A stretch of DNA of 46,421 nt from Treponemataceae bacterium (GCA_963677895.2 CAXXGJ010000039.1:1-46421); one strand, 5' to 3'; numbered from the stretch's first letter, positions 1 through 10,798 are shown. Made by a program: numbers and translations. The notes: generated by a model not told the origin, from the letters alone.

Positions 1-256
1 ATTTAAAATTGAGAAAGGATTAAAAGTAGAGACAAATGCAAAGATAGAAAAGATAAAATCAACGGTAGTGGCAGGAATCATAGTATGGGGCACTAATTGG
101 TCTGTACCTAAATCATATAAGACATTATCAAGATTTATTAAAGAGAATGATTATGAAGAGACAAAAGAATGGAGAGAATGGCATATATATACTGAAGATG
201 ATTATTCGAAAAATAATATCACATGGGTACAAAGAACAATAATGAAGAAAGAATAA
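1..256 (+). CDS. 3' part of a cassette hypothetical protein
   Basis: ORF 68..256 ends at the first attC; probably begins before the window. Confidence 0.5.
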   Translation, partial: FKIEKGLKVETNAKIEKIKSTVVAGIIVWGTNWSVPKSYKTLSRFIKENDYEETKEWREWHIYTEDDYSKNNITWVQRTIMKKE

Positions 257-380
257 CCTAACAACTGCTTCAACCCTATAACGCCTTTTGTTATGGTTTT
301 TGCGAGAAGATCACGCAAAAACCACGCCAATCCTTCGCTTCGCTCAGGAACAGGCGTTAAGGGTTAAGCCAATGTTAGGC
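256..380 (+). repeat. attC site
   Basis: ACCTAAC...GTTAGGC, main family. Confidence 0.95.
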
Positions 381-457
381 AGACGCGCTTACGCGCGCGC
401 AAGATAAATCAATATATTTAAAGTAGTTATTCTTCAATTATAGATGAAAATTTGTAC

Positions 458-486
458 TTGACAAATAGATGCAATATGAATACTAT
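458..486 (+). promoter_or_regulatory. sigma70-type promoter of TA cassette
   Basis: TTGACA-17 bp-TACTAT upstream of GAGGT RBS. Confidence 0.7.
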
Positions 487-505
487 TGAAGCAAGAGGTA
501 TTTAT

Positions 506-739
506 ATGGCAAAGACTATTACTGTACGGCTTGATGAAACAAGCTATGATATATTCAAAAAGGCAGCAGAAGGACAAAAGAGAACTATATCTAACTATCT
601 TGAGTACGCCGCGTTAAACTTTACTGTCAATGAATCGATTGTTGATGATGAAGAAATGAAAGAAATACTTACCTTTGAAAAGGATCTTAAGAAAGGACTT
701 AAGGATATTTCATCGGGAAGGTATAAAGTAATTGCTTAA
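506..739 (+). CDS. Ribbon-helix-helix antitoxin
   Basis: MAKTITVRLD beta-strand start, RBS before ATG 506, overlaps downstream toxin. Confidence 0.75.
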   Translation: MAKTITVRLDETSYDIFKKAAEGQKRTISNYLEYAALNFTVNESIVDDEEMKEILTFEKDLKKGLKDISSGRYKVIA

Positions 740-1004
740 CTATAAAATTGCAGAGACTGAAACCTTTGAAAAGAAGATCAGTACTCCGAAGTATAAATTC
801 TTATATAAAAAGATTAAAGAATATATATATCCGATATTGCGAGAGAATCCATATTTTGGATCGAATATAAAAAAGCTTAAAGGCGAGTACAAAGAAGTAT
901 ATAGATATCGTATAGGAGATTACAGGCTATTTTATAAAGTATCAGAAGAGACGGTTATAATATTCATCATTGATATAGAAAATCGTAAAGATGCATATAA
1001 GTAA
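732..1004 (+). CDS. relE: RelE/ParE-family toxin
   Basis: 90 aa, KKLKG...YRYRIGDYRLFY...RKDAY motif. Confidence 0.9.
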   Translation: MLNYKIAETETFEKKISTPKYKFLYKKIKEYIYPILRENPYFGSNIKKLKGEYKEVYRYRIGDYRLFYKVSEETVIIFIIDIENRKDAYK

Positions 1005-1014
1005 AAGTAAAATT

Positions 1015-1140
1015 GCCTAACAAATGCTTCAACCCTATAACGCCTTTTGTCATGGGTTTGTGCAGAACAACAATGCACAAACCACGCCAATCCTTCGCTT
1101 CGCTCAGGAGCAGGCGTTAAGGGTTAAGCCAATGTTAGAT
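1015..1140 (+). repeat. attC site
   Basis: GCCTAAC...GTTAGAT. Confidence 0.95.
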
Positions 1141-1277
1141 TTATTGAATAACTAACTCTGTAAAAGATTGGCTTCTTTGGTGAAAAAAAGTATATACATT
1201 TATTCCAACAAAATAGTAACAAGATGCTAGTTTTACTAAAAGCATGAGTTATATTGAATATACTAGAATAATAAATT

Positions 1278-1879
1278 GTGAGGGGAATTATGCGTATTAT
1301 AAGAAAATCTAAGGATAAGGTATTTGTTCTAATTGCTATAATGCTTCTATTGAGTGCTAGTATCATTTATGCTCAAAATAAGGATAACCAAAGCATAGAA
1401 ATATCATTTCTTTATTCTAAAGTTTCTGGCTTTAGTAGCAATCAATATGCTATATGGGTTGAAAATGAAAATGGCGATTATATAAAAACAATATATGTCA
1501 CAAAATTTACAGCAACAAAAGGGTGGAAAACTAGACCTGAAGCGATTCCTGTATGGGTAAAAAAAATCAAATATTAGCAAAATTGGGAAAAAACAAGTTG
1601 ACCTAATAAGTGGAGCAACACCAAAAGACTGGTGAGCAAAAATATTATTGGGATTTTACAGATAATAATGGTAAGGCAGTAACTGATGGTAAGTATACAA
1701 TAGTATTTGAAGCTACCTTTGATGGAAATTCAAAGGATCCAAGTGAAGTTCAATATAAGGCGATAATAGATAAAGGAAAAACGATAGAAATATTAAAGAA
1801 TGGGGCAGAGTATAAAGGGAACAGTCAAAGAGGAAAGACAATGATTGATAATGTAAAATATGAAGTGGTAAAGAAATAA
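1278..1879 (+). CDS. DUF2271-like exported protein, frameshifted at A-run ~1560
   Basis: Signal peptide, QYAIWVENENGDYIKTIYVT motif; ORFs 1278..1577 and 1610..1879 join across a poly-A run. Confidence 0.7.
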
Positions 1880-1884
1880 TTAAA

Positions 1885-2009
1885 ATCTAACAAATGCTTC
1901 AACCCTATAACGCCTTTTGTCATGGTTTTTGCAGAACAACAATGCAAAAACCACGCCAATCCTTCGCTTCGCTCAGGAACAGGCGTTAAGGGTTAAGCCA
2001 ATGTTGGAT
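1885..2009 (+). repeat. attC site
   Basis: ATCTAAC...GTTGGAT. Confidence 0.95.
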
Positions 2010-2061
2010 GGACAGGTATTATGGATCGTGTAGGTAGATGAAATAAATATAAAAGGAAAAA

Positions 2062-2551
2062 ATGAAAAAGATAATTTATGTAATATTGATTATGTTTTGT
2101 TTAATTCAATATGGATATTCACAAGAGGAAGAGAGAAAATTTATTGCACAATATGTCGGCTGTGATAAATATTTATCATATACTGGATTATTTGATATTA
2201 ACAATAATGAAATAAAAATTTCTTCTAATAAGAATACTGAAGGAAATAATATTACTAAATTGGCTATTTATAGTATTATAGATAAAAATATTACACCATT
2301 TATTTTTGTTGATGGTCCAAAAATATATTCTGGAGAGATGGTGATTCTAGTTGATTTAAGTCTAGCTCCAAAAGAGTTTTATGGGTGGAGCATTAATATT
2401 TCAAGAGATATGTATTCAAAAAAAACCATCGGGAATTAATATTCAATGGTGGGCAAATGTAGGGAATAATACAACTGATGCAATCTATTTTATATGGAAT
2501 AAAAACGAAAATAGATTTAGAATAAATAGAATTGATCCATCTAATTATTAA
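2062..2551 (+). CDS. Secreted hypothetical protein, probable frameshift at A-run ~2420
   Basis: MKK signal peptide; alternate frame continues to TAA 2551. Confidence 0.55.
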
Positions 2552-2597
2552 GGAAAATAATATTTAATTAAGAAAAGTATATTGAATAATAAATGCC

Positions 2598-2720
2598 ATC
2601 CAACAACTGCTTCAACCTTATAAATCCTTTGTCATGGTTCTTGCGAAAAGATCACGCAAGAACCACGCCAAGCCCTCGCTTCGCTCAGGCACGGATTTAA
2701 AGGTTAAGCCAATGTTAGAT
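2598..2720 (+). repeat. attC site
   Basis: ATCCAAC...GTTAGAT. Confidence 0.95.
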
Positions 2721-2768
2721 CGACCAAATGCGATATAATTCTATTCATATTTTAAAGGATCTTTTGTT

Positions 2769-3356
2769 ATGGATAAACCAAAAGAATATTTTCACCTTGT
2801 AACAAATACAAAACTAGAACTTGGACAAAAGATTCTTTTTAACAAAGACACAAATAATATACTATATGATTTCTTTTTTAAAAAAGAGTTTAGAAATAAT
2901 GAAGGAAGAGATTGTTTTGATATTATAAACTCTGGATCAACACCTAGTGGATTGTTACTAAATGAAGAAGATACAAGAATAATTCATAAATATAATGATA
3001 TTACTATAAGAGGCATTAGAGAGTTGATTGTTGAAATGGTTAGGTTAAAATATTATCCAAACTATCCATCACGTTTGAATTGCTTGTATGTATCTAAAAC
3101 ATATGAAGATTTATTAAAATGGAAAGATATATTTGAATCTTATAATAGAAAAATATTGCAGCTAGTAAAGTTACAGTCAAATGGGAATTCTTTTGAAGGC
3201 GATGGAGAATTACTACCAAAAGAAGATGGAGTTTCATTTGATACGAAAATAAGTCAGGCAAAAGAATATTGGGAAAGTAATAATAATTGTGGATTATCAG
3301 AGGTATTACTTGATGGAGAAATCGAAGTTATTAAGATCATTAATGAATATGAGTAA
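2769..3356 (+). CDS. DUF2441-family protein
   Basis: FHLVT N-terminus, [21 protein letters not shown]...[10 protein letters not shown]. Confidence 0.75.
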   Translation: MDKPKEYFHLVTNTKLELGQKILFNKDTNNILYDFFFKKEFRNNEGRDCFDIINSGSTPSGLLLNEEDTRIIHKYNDITIRGIRELIVEMVRLKYYPNYPSRLNCLYVSKTYEDLLKWKDIFESYNRKILQLVKLQSNGNSFEGDGELLPKEDGVSFDTKISQAKEYWESNNNCGLSEVLLDGEIEVIKIINEYE

Positions 3357-3375
3357 GAATAATTGAAAATGGGCG

Positions 3376-3500
3376 ATCTAACAAATGCTTCAACCCTATA
3401 ACGCCTTTTGTCATGGTTTTTGCTAGAAGATGACGCAAAAACCACGCCAATCCTTCGCTTCGCTCAGGAACAGGCGTTAAGGGTTAAGCCAATGTTATGC
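3376..3500 (+). repeat. attC site
   Basis: ATCTAAC...GTTATGC. Confidence 0.95.
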
Positions 3501-3565
3501 GGACTCGCGCATTCGCGCGAGCTAAGTTATTATAATAGAAATATATAAAAAGTATAATGTTATCC

Positions 3566-3594
3566 TTGACATTACACAGCATAATGTGTAGACT
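3566..3594 (+). promoter_or_regulatory. vapBC promoter with palindromic operator
   Basis: TTGACA-17-TAGACT; TACACA-6-TGTGTA inverted repeat in the spacer. Confidence 0.75.
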
Positions 3595-3614
3595 ATAAAC
3601 ATAAGGAGGACATT

Positions 3615-3812
3615 ATGGCTACAAACCTTGCTATAGATGATAGATTACTCACCAAAGCGCTTGAAATTGGTGGTTATAAATCAAAAAAGGACACTGTTAA
3701 CGCTGCACTTGATGAATTTATCAAAAGAAGAAAAGCAAAAGAGCTTATAGATATATTTGGTACAATAGAATATGACGCTTCTTATGATTATAAGAAAATG
3801 AGATCTAGATGA
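3615..3812 (+). CDS. vapB: VapB antitoxin (copy 1)
   Basis: MATNLAIDDRLL...KKDTVNAALDEFI; AGGAGG RBS; overlaps vapC. Confidence 0.9.
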   Translation: MATNLAIDDRLLTKALEIGGYKSKKDTVNAALDEFIKRRKAKELIDIFGTIEYDASYDYKKMRSR

Positions 3813-4222
3813 AACGAGTATTAGTAGATACTTCAGTATGGTCTCTTGCACTAAGAAAAAAGGAAAGAACTGAAGTAGAACAAAAGATAGTAAGTCATCT
3901 ATCAAAATTGATAAGTAACCTTACTGTTGTTCTTATAGGTCCAATAAGGCAGGAAATTCTATCAGGAATCTCAACGAAAGAACGATTTGAAGTACTTAAA
4001 GAAAAGATATCAATATTTGATGATCATACAATACATACACATGATTATGAACTTGCTGCAGAATACTTTAATGAGTGTAGAAAACATGGGATACAAGGAT
4101 CTCATATAGATTACCTAATATGCTCAGTTGCCACAAATAATGATATGTCAATATTTACATTGGATAATGATTTTCAGCTCTATAAAAAGCATATAAGAAT
4201 TAAGCTAGAAAAATACGCATAA
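3809..4222 (+). CDS. vapC: VapC PIN-domain toxin (copy 1)
   Basis: VLVDTSVW, E, D and TLDNDF PIN acidic residues. Confidence 0.92.
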   Translation: MKRVLVDTSVWSLALRKKERTEVEQKIVSHLSKLISNLTVVLIGPIRQEILSGISTKERFEVLKEKISIFDDHTIHTHDYELAAEYFNECRKHGIQGSHIDYLICSVATNNDMSIFTLDNDFQLYKKHIRIKLEKYA

Positions 4223-4341
4223 CAAAAGCTTCAACCCTATAACGCCTTTTGTCATGGTTTTTGCTAGAAGATAACGCAAAAACCACGCCAATCCTTCGCT
4301 TCGCTCAGGAACAGGCGTTAAGGGTTAAGCCAATGTTAGAT
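4217..4341 (+). repeat. attC site
   Basis: GCATAAC...GTTAGAT. Confidence 0.95.
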
Positions 4342-4370
4342 TCACTAAAAGGAACATAATAAACAAAGTT

Positions 4371-5105
4371 ATGAAAACGGTCGTAATATTGGGAACTTGT
4401 CATGAAGAGACAAAAAACTATAAGGCAGAGCATATTGTTGATATAATGGAGGGGCTTCAACCTTCAATCATATTTGAAGAGTTGCCAGAGGAGTGGAAAG
4501 TAGATTTAGAATTCAGAAAAAAAAACATAACTGGTTTAGAAAGCAAAGCGATTATTGCATATATAAAAAGACACCCAGAATGTAAAGTGATTCAATATGA
4601 TATTCAGCATAGAAATAGAACTCTTAAAGAAAAGAATTATTTTGAGATGCAAAAGCAATTCAATGCTGCATTAGAAAAGCTATACAAAGAGAAAATACCA
4701 ACTTCTGAAGATAGATTAAGATTTAAGCACCTTTATGATATCTATAAAATGAGAGATAAAAGCTTAAGCAATGATCATGTAAGGATAATTAATAGTACAA
4801 TTTCTGATAGCTTAATACGGTATAAAGAAAAGCTTGCTTATAGTTTCTATAGAGATATCGTAAGAAAATATGAAGAGCTTCATGCATTCAAAGAATATGT
4901 TCATTTTATAGATCATTTCTGGAAAATTAGAAATGAAGCAATGGTAGAAAATGTCTTAAAAGCGCTTAAAGAAAAAAATAATGATATACGATCTATTCTG
5001 TTATGTGGGTATGAACATAGAGAAATTCTAAAGAGACTATTTAATAAACATAAGAATGATATAGAAGTAAAAGAGTATTGGGAAATTGATGTAAACAGTA
5101 AGTAA
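4371..5105 (+). CDS. Hypothetical protein, TraB/GumN-like motifs
   Basis: GTCH, IFEE, RN..M and GYEH pattern. Confidence 0.55.
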   Translation: MKTVVILGTCHEETKNYKAEHIVDIMEGLQPSIIFEELPEEWKVDLEFRKKNITGLESKAIIAYIKRHPECKVIQYDIQHRNRTLKEKNYFEMQKQFNAALEKLYKEKIPTSEDRLRFKHLYDIYKMRDKSLSNDHVRIINSTISDSLIRYKEKLAYSFYRDIVRKYEELHAFKEYVHFIDHFWKIRNEAMVENVLKALKEKNNDIRSILLCGYEHREILKRLFNKHKNDIEVKEYWEIDVNSK

Positions 5106-5110
5106 GAGGA

Positions 5111-5235
5111 ATCTAACAAATGCTTCAACCCTATAACGCCCTTTGTCATGGTTCTTGCGAAAAGATTACGCAAGAACCACGCCAATCCTTCGCTTCGCTC
5201 AGGAACAGGCGTTAAGGGTTAAGCCAATGTTAGAA
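5111..5235 (+). repeat. attC site
   Basis: ATCTAAC...GTTAGAA. Confidence 0.95.
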
Positions 5236-5290
5236 TTATTAAGCAATCCTGGAAATAGTTAAGCAAAAAATTGCACTATGAGGAGATTCT

Positions 5291-5773
5291 ATGAAAGTAG
5301 TTGCGATAAATGGAAGCCCTAAAAAAGAGGGTAATACATATCATGCCATTAAGCTTGTAACCGAACAGCTTGAAATACAAAATATTGAAATAGAGATTAT
5401 TCATATTGGGAATAAGGTAATACGTGGATGTATGGGCTGTGGCCAATGTGCAAAACAAAAAAATGAAAAGTGTATCTATTCGAATGATGAAGTAAATGAA
5501 TGTATTCAAAAGATGAAGACTGCAGATGGAATCATATTAGGATCTCCAGTTTACTTTTCTGGAATTACAGGAACGATGAAATCATTTTTAGATAGGGCCT
5601 TTTATGTTGCAGGTTCAAACGATAATCTGTTTCGGTATAAAGTAGGAGTTAGTGTAATAGCAGATCGAAGAGCAGGAGCAGTAGTAGCATATAGCCAATT
5701 AAACAACTATATAAATTATGCTGAAATGTTCATGCCAAGTTCAAATTATTGGAATGTTACATTTGGTACAATG
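5291..5773 (+). pseudogene. Flavodoxin-family iron-sulfur flavoprotein truncated by IS66
   Basis: INGSPKKEGNT, CMGCGQC, GSPVYF; interrupted at 5774 by IS end. Confidence 0.85.
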
Positions 5774-5846
5774 GTAAGCGTCCAATTCTCCACATGCTGA
5801 CAGTATTGTAAATTCGATTATCCTTCTCGCAAGGGAGGGATCATCA

Positions 5847-6190
5847 ATGTACCTGAAAAAGGATCGGACCATTTACCTCGTCGCCGGGATTACCGATATG
5901 CGAAAACAAATCAATGGACTTTCGGCAATCGCGCAAGACAAGCAACCAGAAGAAGTCTTCTCAGGGTCGTACTTTGTATTTCTCGGGAAGACAAGAAAAG
6001 TAATGAAGATTCTTTACTGGACAAAAGTGGTTTCTGCATGTGGATCAAAAGACTCGAAGAAGAAACCTTTCCCTGGACGCGAAAACAGAAGGGTGTTATA
6101 GAAATCGAACGTGATAAATTCAAGCTTCTTATAAAGGGAATCGACATATTTAGAGAACATCGAAAGCTCGAATATTCTGCGGTAGCATAG
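5847..6190 (+). CDS. tnpB: IS66 accessory protein TnpB, frameshifted ~6020
   Basis: TDMRKQINGL...KILYW then, in shifted frame, DKSGFCMWIKRLEEETFPW to TAG 6190. Confidence 0.85.
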
Positions 6191-6236
6191 GCGATTTCAG
6201 GCTGCAAATAGGGCATTTCATGCTATACTACAGTGC

Positions 6237-7817
6237 ATGGTGAGCGTGCTAGAAAACCTTCCTGACGACGTGGCTAGTCTCAAGAAACTGGTCAGGGAAA
6301 TGGCGAAAGAACATACGAAGGAAGTCCATGAACTGCAGAGCAGGCTCTCCCTTGAACAGGAAAAGTACGCCGCATTACAGCGCCTGATATTTGGACCAAA
6401 GAGCGAGAAACACCAAAAAGAGAATCCTAAACAGGATCTGCTGTTCAACGAAGCCGAAACGTTCTTCAATGTCCCCGATCGAAAACCAGCCACGATAATG
6501 GTTAACGCTCATGAGCGAAAGAAATCGGGAAGGAAACATTTCCCGGATACGCTCGAACGAAATGAAATCGTGCATGAAATGAGCAGGGAACAACGCACCT
6601 GCCCGTCCTGTGGTTCTTTACGGCCGGAAATCGGTGAAGAGCGTACGGAAGAATTGAGGCTCATTCCCGCCAAGGCAGTGATCGACGTTCATGTCATAAA
6701 GAAATACGGGCCTTGTCCCTGCAAAGAATGCACGGGCACCGAAAAGACTCCGATTATTCAGGCTCCAGGACCTGCAAAGATTGTTCCCGGTTCGAGATTC
6801 TCGAACGGAACGATCGCCTTCTTCCTGACGAGTAAGTTTGTCGACGCCCAGCCCTTCTACCGGATGGAAGGAATCCTTTCCCGCTGGGGCGTAGACACGG
6901 GGCGTTCAACCTTGTGTTCCCTTGCCATGAACGCTGGCCGTGCAGTGGGCGATCTTGTCCAGGCGATCAGGGATGACATAAAAGTATCGCCCGTGATCGG
7001 GATGGATGAAACACCATTACAGGTACTGCACGAAAAGAATCGAAGCGCGACGGCGAAGTCGTATATGTGGGTAGCGTCGGGATTCAAGGATACCAAGCGG
7101 CTTTTGTTTTTTCACTACCACCCGACAAGATCTAGCACTGTGCCAACTGAATTTCTAAAGGGCTATTCAGGCTATCTTCAAACGGACGGCTATTCAGGGT
7201 ATTTGCCGATAGGCGAAGCTCCGGGAATCGTCCATGTGGGCTGTATGGCGCATATCCGAAGGAAGTTCTACGACGCGGACAAAATCGCAGGCGGTTCAGG
7301 AGACGCTGCTGATATGCTCTCGATGATCGGAGCGTTCTACCATAACGAAGCGCTTCTACGACAACGGTATGAGAGCAAGGCGCTCGATGAAGCTTCATTC
7401 CTTGCAGAACGGAAACTGCTGCAAGAGCCACAGCTTACGGCGATCTATGAGTGGCTCACCTCACGAAGCCTAAGCGTAGCGCCTTCGAGCAGTCTGGGAA
7501 AGGCGATTTCCTATGCACTGGGGCAATGGGAGCGCGCGATTCGCTATCTTGATCATGTGCTTTTGACGCCTGACAACAATGTCGTCGAGAACGCGATCCG
7601 GCCTTTTGTCCTAGGCAGAAAGAATTGGCTTTTTTCGAACACACCGTCAGGAGCTCATACGAGCGCGGGACTTTACAGCCTTATAGAAACGGCAAAGGTC
7701 AATGGGCATGAGCCGTATAAATATCTTTGTTACCTATTCGATATGCTTCCAAGGGCAACGACGCTTGATGAGAAGCTTGCGCTCCTTCCGTACCGGCTTG
7801 ATCCTGCTACTTATTAA
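6237..7817 (+). CDS. tnpC: IS66 DDE transposase TnpC
   Basis: FGPKSE, CPSCG zinc finger, MDET, QTDGY, CMAHIRRKF, DNNVVENAIRP, SLIETAK. Confidence 0.95.
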   Translation: MVSVLENLPDDVASLKKLVREMAKEHTKEVHELQSRLSLEQEKYAALQRLIFGPKSEKHQKENPKQDLLFNEAETFFNVPDRKPATIMVNAHERKKSGRKHFPDTLERNEIVHEMSREQRTCPSCGSLRPEIGEERTEELRLIPAKAVIDVHVIKKYGPCPCKECTGTEKTPIIQAPGPAKIVPGSRFSNGTIAFFLTSKFVDAQPFYRMEGILSRWGVDTGRSTLCSLAMNAGRAVGDLVQAIRDDIKVSPVIGMDETPLQVLHEKNRSATAKSYMWVASGFKDTKRLLFFHYHPTRSSTVPTEFLKGYSGYLQTDGYSGYLPIGEAPGIVHVGCMAHIRRKFYDADKIAGGSGDAADMLSMIGAFYHNEALLRQRYESKALDEASFLAERKLLQEPQLTAIYEWLTSRSLSVAPSSSLGKAISYALGQWERAIRYLDHVLLTPDNNVVENAIRPFVLGRKNWLFSNTPSGAHTSAGLYSLIETAKVNGHEPYKYLCYLFDMLPRATTLDEKLALLPYRLDPATY

Positions 7818-7851
7818 TCTCTGGTCAAGACGGGGAGAATTGGACGCTTAC

Positions 7852-7881
7852 CAGGCGTTAAGGGTTAAGCCAATGTTAGAT
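7852..7881 (+). repeat. Truncated attC (right arm only)
   Basis: CAGGCGTTAAGGGTTAAGCCAATGTTAGAT directly after the IS66 end. Confidence 0.9.
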
Positions 7882-7903
7882 TTACGGAATTACTGAGGAG
7901 TAT

Positions 7904-8764
7904 ATGAGATTTGAAGTCTTAGGATCTGGCGGCGCTGTATCCACACCCAAACCTTTTTGTACATGCAAATCATGCACCGAAGCTCGATTAGGAGATCCAA
8001 AGAACTCACGCTTCGGGCCTAGCGTGTTTATTCATGGTCCTGACATTCTTATTGATACACCTGAAGAAATATTTATCCAACTGAACCGATCAAAGGTGAG
8101 CCATATAGCCGTGTGTTTCTATTCTCATTGGCATCCTGATCATACTTCTGGGAAGAGAATATTTGAGATGAATAAAGATTGGATAAATTATCCAGCAAAA
8201 AATAAAACTACTAATGTTATCTTAACTGAGAAGATAGCCGATACATTTTCTAAATGCTTGGGTATAAAAAGTCATCTTGATTATTTAGCATATACAGGCT
8301 TAATAAAGTTAGAAGTAATTCCTAATTCAAAAAGCTATGAATTTGATGGCTATAGAGTAACACCTATTCAGTTAGGTCAGGATTATTCATTTGGCTATGA
8401 CATTGCTGGTTTTGGAAAAAGAATATTGGTAATAATGGACGAACTTAAGTTTTGGATTCCTAAGCAAGAGATATATGCCACTACTTATGATCTGATATAT
8501 TTGCCGTTAGGTGTTGTTGATGTAAATCCAATAACTAAAAAGCGAAACATTGATCCAAATCATCCAGTACTAGAAGACGAACAAACAATACTAGAGACCC
8601 TTGAGTATATAAAAGCATTAAAAAGTAAACAATTCATACTCGGCCACGTTGAAGAACCAGATGGTATTACCTTTGAAATGGGTGAGAGATTGAGCATATA
8701 TTGTTCAGAGATTACAGGAAAAAATATTAAAATAGCATATGACATGTTAGAATACGAAATCTAA
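7904..8764 (+). CDS. MBL-fold metallo-hydrolase (PhnP-like)
   Basis: LGSGG..P...CTCKSC, SHWHPDH motif. Confidence 0.85.
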   Translation: MRFEVLGSGGAVSTPKPFCTCKSCTEARLGDPKNSRFGPSVFIHGPDILIDTPEEIFIQLNRSKVSHIAVCFYSHWHPDHTSGKRIFEMNKDWINYPAKNKTTNVILTEKIADTFSKCLGIKSHLDYLAYTGLIKLEVIPNSKSYEFDGYRVTPIQLGQDYSFGYDIAGFGKRILVIMDELKFWIPKQEIYATTYDLIYLPLGVVDVNPITKKRNIDPNHPVLEDEQTILETLEYIKALKSKQFILGHVEEPDGITFEMGERLSIYCSEITGKNIKIAYDMLEYEI

Positions 8765-8884
8765 CAAACGCTTCAACCCTATAACGCCTTTTGTCATGGT
8801 TTTTTGCGAGAAGATGACGCAAAAACCACGCCAATCCTTCGCTTCGCTCAGGAACAGGCGTTAAGGGTTAAGCTAATGTTATGT
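8759..8884 (+). repeat. attC site
   Basis: ATCTAAC...GTTATGT. Confidence 0.95.
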
Positions 8885-8987
8885 GGACCCTCCGGGCAGT
8901 AATAGATTATGAAGAAAAAATTGGTAATCAAGATAAATGCTCTTCAAGATATTAGTCTCATTAAGATGAAATAAGAAGAATAAGAGG

Positions 8988-9242
8988 ATGCATATGGGAG
9001 TAGTTATAGCAATTATAGTAGGTTTGACTGCGATGACATTAATTGCAGCTGGATTTGATTACATGGGTAAAAAGTCTAAAGGAGTATCAAGCGATATTTT
9101 AAATAAAGTAAAAAATATTGAGAGCAGAATGAATACACTTGAAAATACCTTAATAGAAAAAGATGAAGAGATAAAGCAGTTAGAAATTAAAATCCAATTT
9201 ATGGATAGATTATTAGAAGATAAGTCAAATAAAGATAAATAA
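8988..9242 (+). CDS. Small membrane-anchored coiled-coil protein
   Basis: N-terminal hydrophobic helix plus heptad-rich tail. Confidence 0.65.
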   Translation: MHMGVVIAIIVGLTAMTLIAAGFDYMGKKSKGVSSDILNKVKNIESRMNTLENTLIEKDEEIKQLEIKIQFMDRLLEDKSNKDK

Positions 9243-9305
9243 AATCATAAGAAGTATACTTAAAAAAAATTAAGCATAATTAAAGATAAATATAAAAATG
9301 GAGAC

Positions 9306-9428
9306 ACATAACACATGCTTCAACCTTATAAATCCTTTGTCATGGTTTGTGCAGAAATCCCATGCACAAACCACGCCAAGCCTTCGCTTCGCTCAGGCGC
9401 GGATTTAAAGGTTAAGCCAATGTTAGGC
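9306..9428 (+). repeat. attC site
   Basis: ACATAAC...GTTAGGC. Confidence 0.95.
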
Positions 9429-9613
9429 AGACGCTCCGCGCGGGTTGTGATATCTTAGCAATAACATCTAAAAAGATGATTATTTAGTAAATTCATTGTA
9501 AGTACTTTGAAGTAAGAAAAAATTCAGCTTGACATTGTCCTTCAATTTGTTTATAGGGAAACTAAACAATTATATAAAAACCAAGGATTCTTTAAAAATG
9601 GAGAAAATCAAGT

Positions 9614-10033
9614 ATGGCTGTTATAAATAAAACAACGACATCATTAAGAATTAGCGGTGATAGTTTAGTACCCAAAGAAATATCAGAATTATTCAGATGT
9701 GAACCGACTATAGCATATATGAAGAATGAGAATATATCGAATTGGAAAGCAAAGAAAATTGTAATAGCAAGAACAAGATTATGGTGCCTAAATGCTGAAA
9801 AACAAGAACCAGTGGAATATAAATCATCAAATTAGTGAAATATTTAGGAAACTGCCTATAGATATAGAAATATGGCGCGAAATAAATAAAAAATATGATA
9901 TTGATTTATTTTGCGGCCTATTCCTTAGAAATGTCAATGAAGGAGTTGAATTGTCATTAGAAAGCTTGAAATATTAAGTGAAAGATACATTAAAATCGGA
10001 CTAGATATTTATAGTAATTTTAGTAGTACTTAA
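9614..10033 (+). CDS. DUF4279-like protein, frameshifted
   Basis: SLRISGDSLVPKEIS...PT; IDLFCGLF; fragments 9614..9835, 9792..9977 and a tail to TAA 10033. Confidence 0.65.
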
Positions 10034-10068
10034 ATGAAGTAAGTACCTATATTAATATTTAGAAAAGT

Positions 10069-10192
10069 GCCTAACAAATGCTTCAACCTTATAAAGCCTT
10101 TTGTCATGGTTTTTGCTTGAAGATTACGCAAAAACCACGCCAATCCCTCGCAGTAGCTCGGGCCAGGCTTTAAAGGTTAAGCCATGTTAGAT
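10069..10192 (+). repeat. attC site
   Basis: GCCTAAC...GTTAGAT. Confidence 0.95.
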
Positions 10193-10270
10193 TGATTAAT
10201 AATATTAAGTTTTATTAATATATATTAGAATATTTTGTATAACTTAGTATTAATTTGAAATAATATAAAT

Positions 10271-10798
10271 ATGGAAAACTTTAAGGTCTTTATCAAAAAT
10301 ATAAATGATAATGATACTTTATTCACTATAGTAATGTACTTATTCTTATCAGGAATAATAAAAATTGGTAGTACAGCATATAAAAGAATTGCATTAGGAA
10401 AGAAGAAGGAGAATATACTTGCGTTTAAAAGCCAAGATAAAATAAATGGAAAATACAAAATTAGAAAGATATTTCAAAGCATGTGGAATTTAATATATGT
10501 TGTATTAGAGTTGCTTTTGAAAAATAATGTGATGATATATTTCCCAATTATATTTGGAGTATCATTAACATTGATTAAAATAATCAAGGGAGACCAATAT
10601 GAAAATGTACTTGAATATGAGAAAGGAATTATATATACGAGGGAAAATAGTAAAATGGCAAGATATTACAATAATATCTGAAACTGATGATTATAAAGAA
10701 ATTAGGATTAAAGAATCTGAATTATATCTATATAAACGTACAAAATTGAACATAAATGCTAATTATTATCTTAAAATGAGACTAGAAAAACAATCTAA
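10271..10798 (+). CDS. Hypothetical membrane protein, frameshifted
   Basis: Overlapping ORFs 10271..10681 and 10599 onward; hydrophobic segments. Confidence 0.5.

Larger units (their letters stand above)
5774..7851 (+). mobile_element. IS66-family insertion sequence (tnpB + tnpC)
   Basis: Perfect 18-bp terminal IRs GTAAGCGTCCAATTCTCC (5774-5791 / 7834-7851); GC-richer than cassettes; no target duplication. Confidence 0.95.

Noticed and set aside
5847..6190. RNA-guided TnpB nuclease
   Set aside because: This is the small IS66 accessory TnpB, unrelated to IS200/IS605 TnpB; no RuvC motifs
5911..7896. Small ORFs overlapping IS66 (and 29959-30927 in IS30)
   Set aside because: Shadow frames of GC-richer transposase genes
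7904..8764. Metallo-beta-lactamase resistance gene
   Set aside because: No signal peptide; the CxCxxC and GSGG motifs fit PhnP-like hydrolases
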